Below, one piece after another: positions 6,287-10,499 of a stretch of 10,499 nucleotides of DNA. The DNA comes from an uncultured bacterium. Lineage in GTDB: Bacteria; Hydrogenedentota; Hydrogenedentia; Hydrogenedentales; JAEUWI01. The stretch covers positions 1 through 10,499 of the forward strand of contig CAXBPH010000245.1 of NCBI GenBank assembly GCA_963977445.1, in the 5' to 3' direction. Numbering within the stretch: the stretch's first letter is position 1; each line of letters starts with the position of its first letter. The notes below the pieces were generated by a model, which ran no database searches, was not told the DNA's origin, and worked only from the letters and a program-made list of their open reading frames with translations. Made by a program: the position numbers and the translations under genes.

Positions 6287-7550
6287 ACGTGCCTACATCA
6301 ATGTCCTGCTCGTTGCCGCGCTTCTGGCCACCACGGGAATCCTGGGACCGGTCACGTCCGCCACGACGGCGTCCACCGCGATTGTTGCGGTTATTACGTC
6401 CTCGTTCTGGCTGTGGTGCACCTTTGGGGCTGATAACCACACTGCGGTAGAGGGAGTCGCCGAGGCTGAAGGTGCGAATGTCATCGTCTTCCTGCAGGGC
6501 AAGGTGAATGATACGACGTTCCTGGGGACTCAAGGGCTTCAGGCGCATATTGCGCTGCGATTCCTTGGCCCGTTCCGCCATGGACCGTGCCATATCCTGC
6601 AGGGATTCGCGACGGCGATCCACATAGCCTTCCACATCCACGACCAGACGTTCCGTATTTTCATTCGTGTCACCACGGGAGATCATACGGTTGATCAGAT
6701 ACTGCATGGCGCTGAGGTTGCGACCCTTCCGTCCAATAAGGATGGCACTGTCTTCGGAGGAGACGTTCAGCCTGGCGCTGCCGTCGTCCGAACGGGTAAA
6801 AGTGGCCTTGGCCTCAATACCCATCTGGGTGATAATTTCTTCCAGCAGGGACGCCGCTTCGCTGCCCTGGGCATCGGTAATGGGTTCGATAATATCCGCA
6901 ACGAGACCCTCTTCCTGTGGGGCCTTGGCCTGCACAGGAGTTTCATCATTTTCTGCGCGGGGTGTGGTCTCGCGTTCGGGACGGGCATCACGATCGCCGC
7001 GATTGCGTGCGCCGCGACTACGTGGGGTTTCACCCGTCTTACGTGTAGTGTCGCGATCGCCACGTTCGCCACGATTTCCACGGGGCCGTTCGCTGCTGGT
7101 GCTGGTTGATTCGGCGGACTGCTCTTCGCTGTTGGTGTTTTCCGTGCGGGGGGTGCGACCACGATTGTTGCGGTCATTGCGGCCTTTGCCATCGCGATTG
7201 TTGCGGCCCCGGCCTTCCCGTTCTCCCGTTTTTTCCTTGGTCTGGCCCTCGGTCTCGCTGCTGGTTTCCTTGCGCTCGCCCCGTGCGCCACGGTCCTGAT
7301 TCCGACCGCCCCGGCCCCGGGTGTTGCGGCGGGGTCGTTCTTCTTCCGCCTCATTGCGTTGTGGATCGTCGGGCATATTTTCGACGACCAGTCGCACTTT
7401 TACCGGGCGGGAACCAAAACCAAAAAGCCCCTTACTTCCTTCATCCAGAACTTCAATCTTGTCGACTTCGTACATCTCGACGCCAAGATCTTTCAATGCG
7501 CTCTGAATGGCCTCCTCGCGCGTCTTTGCGCTCGCCTCCACTTGCTTCAT
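6276..7550 (-). CDS. jag: RNA-binding protein Jag/KhpB/EloR (Jag_N, KH and R3H domains)
   Basis: Jag_N domain (EEAIQSALKDLG...EVLDEGSKGLFGFG), KH GxxG motif (ILIGRKGRNLSAMQYL), R3H motif (LSPQERRIIHLAL). SD AGGAG at 7565-7561. Canonical position between yidC and mnmE. Confidence 0.95.
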   Translation of the reverse strand: MKQVEASAKTREEAIQSALKDLGVEMYEVDKIEVLDEGSKGLFGFGSRPVKVRLVVENMPDDPQRNEAEEERPRRNTRGRGGRNQDRGARGERKETSSETEGQTKEKTGEREGRGRNNRDGKGRNDRNNRGRTPRTENTNSEEQSAESTSTSSERPRGNRGERGDRDTTRKTGETPRSRGARNRGDRDARPERETTPRAENDETPVQAKAPQEEGLVADIIEPITDAQGSEAASLLEEIITQMGIEAKATFTRSDDGSARLNVSSEDSAILIGRKGRNLSAMQYLINRMISRGDTNENTERLVVDVEGYVDRRRESLQDMARSMAERAKESQRNMRLKPLSPQERRIIHLALQEDDDIRTFSLGDSLYRSVVISPKGAPQPERGRNNRNNRGGRRRGGRDRSQDSRGGQKRGNEQDIDVGTFGD

Positions 7551-7629
7551 AAGAGTTTTTCTCCTGGCGGGCCTTCGCCCGCGTTACGTTGACGGCGCCG
7601 GCTACCCGCCATGATGTCTACGCTCCGTG

Positions 7630-9576
7630 TCATTGGTCCTGACCCTTCCCCGGACGCCCCTTCTTCTTCTCCCGGCGTTGTTCCTTCGCCATTTCGCGCT
7701 TGCGCGCCTGCGCTGCTGCATAGAAGTGCCTGGGCTTGGATTTTGCGCCCGATTTCCCCTTCTGCACAGCACCCGGCTTGGCTTTGAGTTCTTCGTCGCT
7801 CACATGTATGAAATAATTCTGTACGATGCCCAGCACCGTACTGGTCAGGATGTAGAGATTCAGGCCTGAGGCCATGTTGTAACAAATGACGCTGAAAATT
7901 ACCGGCATAAACGTCATCATCATTTTCTGCTGCGGATTCTGCACCGGACCCGACGTGGGCATGAGCTTGGTGCTGGCGACCATCGCCACGCCCATGAGTA
8001 TGGGCAGCAGATTGAAGGTGTCAATACCATTCGCCATAAACGGAACAGGAATGGTGAAGGGGAGGTCAAAGAGTCCGTCGGGTTTGGACAGGTCCGTAAT
8101 CCACCCGGCAAAGGGGGCACCACGGAATTCAAAGGCCGTCGCATAAACGCGATAGAGCGCGATGAACACGGGTGTTTGCAACAGCATGGGCATGCAGCCA
8201 CCCAGTGGGTTAACGCCGCGCTCTTTGTAGAGCTGCATCATGCGCTTCTGCATTTCCTGCTGATCTTCGCCCACTTCCTTTTTGATTTCTTCCATTTGGG
8301 GGGCGAGCTTCTGCATCTTCTTCATGCTCTTCATGCCCTTGAGGGTCAAGGGGAACATGGCAGAACGAACCAGAATGGTCAGGAAGATAATGGCGAAACC
8401 GTAGTTGGCCATGATGTTGCCATAGAACCAGTTCACCACGAAGAGCATGCCCTTGGCGAAAGTGTCCATGAAGCTGAACATGGTGAAGAATTGAAGCACC
8501 GTATTCAGTCCCGGCCACGCGGCAGCCAGGCTGGCTCCCTGAACGGGTCCCATATAGAGCTTGAAATTCCGTGTTTCGGTGGCGCCCGCAGCGACTTCCA
8601 TCCGGGGCACGTCCAGGGCTACCTGGAAGTTCTTGGGGAGGCCATCGGCCCAGCCGCGGGCCTCTTCGTAGTCCGCCTTCATGGCAACCACGAAATAGGC
8701 ACTCTTAATGGCCAGCCATTTGGGCGAAGGCATGACCTTGGCCGGTGTGCCATCTTCCGCCGGTTCCAACTTGGAGGTGGCAAAGTGAATATTGGTTTCG
8801 TCTTCCCGCCAGACAAGCTCCTGGTGAGACATGCGATTGTCTTCGTCGCCGGAATGAACATCGGGGGACCAGACGAGGGAGAAACTTGGCTCCGCATTGT
8901 CGAGGCCCAGGCGGCGGGACTCGGTGCCTGTGTTTGTGAAAGCTACGGCAAGCTGCACCACATTGGGGTGCTCTGCAGAGATGGTAAAGGTCTTGGTGAT
9001 AGTGGCAAACAGGGGATCGGGTAGCTCGATGGTGAATTGCAGCGAATTACCATCCGACGTGGGAACTTCGGTCCAGCGGAGGTGATCCAGATGATCGGCC
9101 AGGTAGCTGGCCTGGAATTGCAGGCCCATGGGGTAGCTGGCTACATCTTCCCGGACATCGCCTTCCAGCAGCGGTACCAAGGGTTGGGGCTCACCATGTT
9201 CTACCAGGACCGTGCCCTGCTTCAGGCGGGCGCCCACATCCGTAAATTCAAGATCGAGGTGACTGCTGTGGAGGGCGTAGGTGTTGGCCGGGGCCACATC
9301 GGGATCGAAGGCCAGGGCAGCAATCTTAGCGGCGAGGTTTGCAGCGTCATCGGGCGTGTCGGCCGAGGCCGTACTCTTTTCTGCCGCAATCAGACTCTCG
9401 ACTTGTTGCGTAAACGCAGAAACAGGAGGCGCTTCGTCGGGCGTCGCCGACTGCTCAATGGCCGTCGGCTCGGTCCTCGCTTCCTGGCGCACTGGAGCCT
9501 GCGGGGGGAACAAATACAGATAGAGGAAAACAAGAACGGTCATCAGCACAATGGCTATCGTGTGATTCCGTTGCAT
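7630..9576 (-). CDS. yidC: Membrane protein insertase YidC (long form with periplasmic domain, about 648 aa)
   Basis: Likely start ATG 9576 (MQRNHTIAIVLMTVLVFLYLYLF is the N-terminal TM). Large periplasmic domain (WLAIKSAYF), then NYGFAIIFLTILVR, NPLGGCMPMLLQTPVFIALY, WITDLSKPD, ASGLNLY. The longer ORF from 9810 overlaps yidD and is rejected. Confidence 0.95.
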   Translation of the reverse strand: MQRNHTIAIVLMTVLVFLYLYLFPPQAPVRQEARTEPTAIEQSATPDEAPPVSAFTQQVESLIAAEKSTASADTPDDAANLAAKIAALAFDPDVAPANTYALHSSHLDLEFTDVGARLKQGTVLVEHGEPQPLVPLLEGDVREDVASYPMGLQFQASYLADHLDHLRWTEVPTSDGNSLQFTIELPDPLFATITKTFTISAEHPNVVQLAVAFTNTGTESRRLGLDNAEPSFSLVWSPDVHSGDEDNRMSHQELVWREDETNIHFATSKLEPAEDGTPAKVMPSPKWLAIKSAYFVVAMKADYEEARGWADGLPKNFQVALDVPRMEVAAGATETRNFKLYMGPVQGASLAAAWPGLNTVLQFFTMFSFMDTFAKGMLFVVNWFYGNIMANYGFAIIFLTILVRSAMFPLTLKGMKSMKKMQKLAPQMEEIKKEVGEDQQEMQKRMMQLYKERGVNPLGGCMPMLLQTPVFIALYRVYATAFEFRGAPFAGWITDLSKPDGLFDLPFTIPVPFMANGIDTFNLLPILMGVAMVASTKLMPTSGPVQNPQQKMMMTFMPVIFSVICYNMASGLNLYILTSTVLGIVQNYFIHVSDEELKAKPGAVQKGKSGAKSKPRHFYAAAQARKREMAKEQRREKKKGRPGKGQDQ

Positions 9577-9652
9577 ATCTTTGTCGCGTTGATGATCACC
9601 CAGCAACGTAGCATTCTCCTGGCCATAACAGCGCAAAACAGACGTCGTGCAC

Positions 9653-9907
9653 TCAGGCTGATGTTGTGTTGGATGGTCCTGGATCCTCGGGGACGCGGCG
9701 GGGGACTTCGTCCACACCACCGGGAGAGAGAGGATTGCATCGTGCGATTCGCCAACAGGCATAACATAGCCCACGAATTGCACCATGAATCTGCAGTGCC
9801 TCAACGGCATACTGGGAACAGGAGGGATAAAATCGGCAATTCTGGCCGAGCATAGGGGATAGCCAGCGCTGGTAAAGACGGATGCAGGCTATCAATGCCC
9901 TAGCCAT
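9653..9907 (-). CDS. yidD: Membrane protein insertion efficiency factor YidD
   Basis: [10 protein letters not shown]...[15 protein letters not shown]...HGAIRG...[14 protein letters not shown] signature with three conserved Cys. Lies between rnpA and yidC, with an 8-nt overlap with rnpA. Confidence 0.96.
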   Translation of the reverse strand: MARALIACIRLYQRWLSPMLGQNCRFYPSCSQYAVEALQIHGAIRGLCYACWRIARCNPLSPGGVDEVPRRVPEDPGPSNTTSA

Positions 9908-10340
9908 TCAATACACCGCCCTTTTGCAATAATTGCTTCATGGCGAGTACACATTCGGCGTAGTTTATAGAAGCTGCGGCCGGCCTAGCGACGACAACAA
10001 CCTGACAGGGTTCGACCAGATAAGAGCGGTGGGTACGATAGAATTCACGAAGATACCGTTTAACACGATTTCGTGTGACCGCCTTGCCGACCTTACGCGA
10101 AACCGCCAGGCCCATTTTGCTCCCTTGTTGTTCCTGCGCGGCCAGATAACAGACAAAATAGCGATCTACGACCTTGCGGCTATTCGAAAATACAGCCGAA
10201 TATTCAGATTTTTTCCGTATTCGATCCGCAGGAATAAATGTATAGCCACGTTGACGCGTTGATGTAGAATCTTGGATTGCGTCGGGCGCTGCGGAGTGGT
10301 CCGGCTTGGGGTCGCTTGCCTGGTCTGCCTGGTCCTGCAC
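9900..10340 (-). CDS. rnpA: Ribonuclease P protein component
   Basis: [37 protein letters not shown] (RNR motif), VVVVARP. GTG start at 10340, 20 nt downstream of the rpmH stop. Confidence 0.94.
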   Translation of the reverse strand: MQDQADQASDPKPDHSAAPDAIQDSTSTRQRGYTFIPADRIRKKSEYSAVFSNSRKVVDRYFVCYLAAQEQQGSKMGLAVSRKVGKAVTRNRVKRYLREFYRTHRSYLVEPCQVVVVARPAAASINYAECVLAMKQLLQKGGVLNG

Positions 10341-10360
10341 TACAGGATCATCACATTCAA

Positions 10361-10499
10361 TTATACGGTAAGGCTCTTACGACCCCTACGACGACGATTA
10401 TTAATGACGCGACGACCATTTTTGGTGGCCATACGTGAACGAAATCCGTGGGTCCGCTTCCGCTTGATGTTGGGTTTTCCCCGGTGCGCGTGATATACT
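10361..10499 (-). CDS. rpmH: 50S ribosomal protein L34 (5' end beyond the window)
   Basis: Not in the ORF track. Manual translation of 10498->10361 gives [45 protein letters not shown], the classic L34 signature, directly upstream of rnpA. Confidence 0.95.
   Translation of the reverse strand, partial: VYHAHRGKPNIKRKRTHGFRSRMATKNGRRVINNRRRRGRKSLTV

Noticed and set aside
9577..9810. 78-aa N-terminal extension of YidC in the ORF track
   Set aside because: Overlaps yidD in another frame; the TM1-bearing N-terminus begins at ATG 9576.
5037..9855. Plus-strand ORFs of 60-339 aa opposite mnmE, jag and yidC
   Set aside because: Fully antisense to clearly identified conserved genes; no protein family features.
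1..10499. CRISPR array, rRNA/tRNA genes, transposase or integrase, DnaA-box cluster
   Set aside because: No regularly spaced repeats or matching motifs seen by eye.

Overview
Bacterial chromosomal DNA, fairly GC-rich, in two convergent blocks. The minus strand (4907-10499) carries the conserved rpmH (5'-truncated)-rnpA-yidD-yidC-jag/khpB-mnmE cluster, which in many bacteria lies beside dnaA/oriC. The plus strand (337-4649) carries a yhaO/yhaN-like (SbcD/Mre11 + SbcC/Rad50-like) gene pair. The metallophosphoesterase-fold subunit is full length but has lost nearly all metal-binding/catalytic residues, so it looks like a pseudo-nuclease. Its partner ATPase keeps Walker A, signature and Walker B motifs and has a two-helix membrane hairpin at the coiled-coil apex. 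The gap between the blocks contains a candidate ~72-nt small RNA: a near-consensus extended -10 sigma70 promoter, a 5' hairpin, an anti-Shine-Dalgarno-like CUCCUU linker and an intrinsic terminator. A REP/dRS3-like palindromic element lies at the left edge. Several housekeeping proteins have atypical extensions (L34, RnpA, YidC, Jag).
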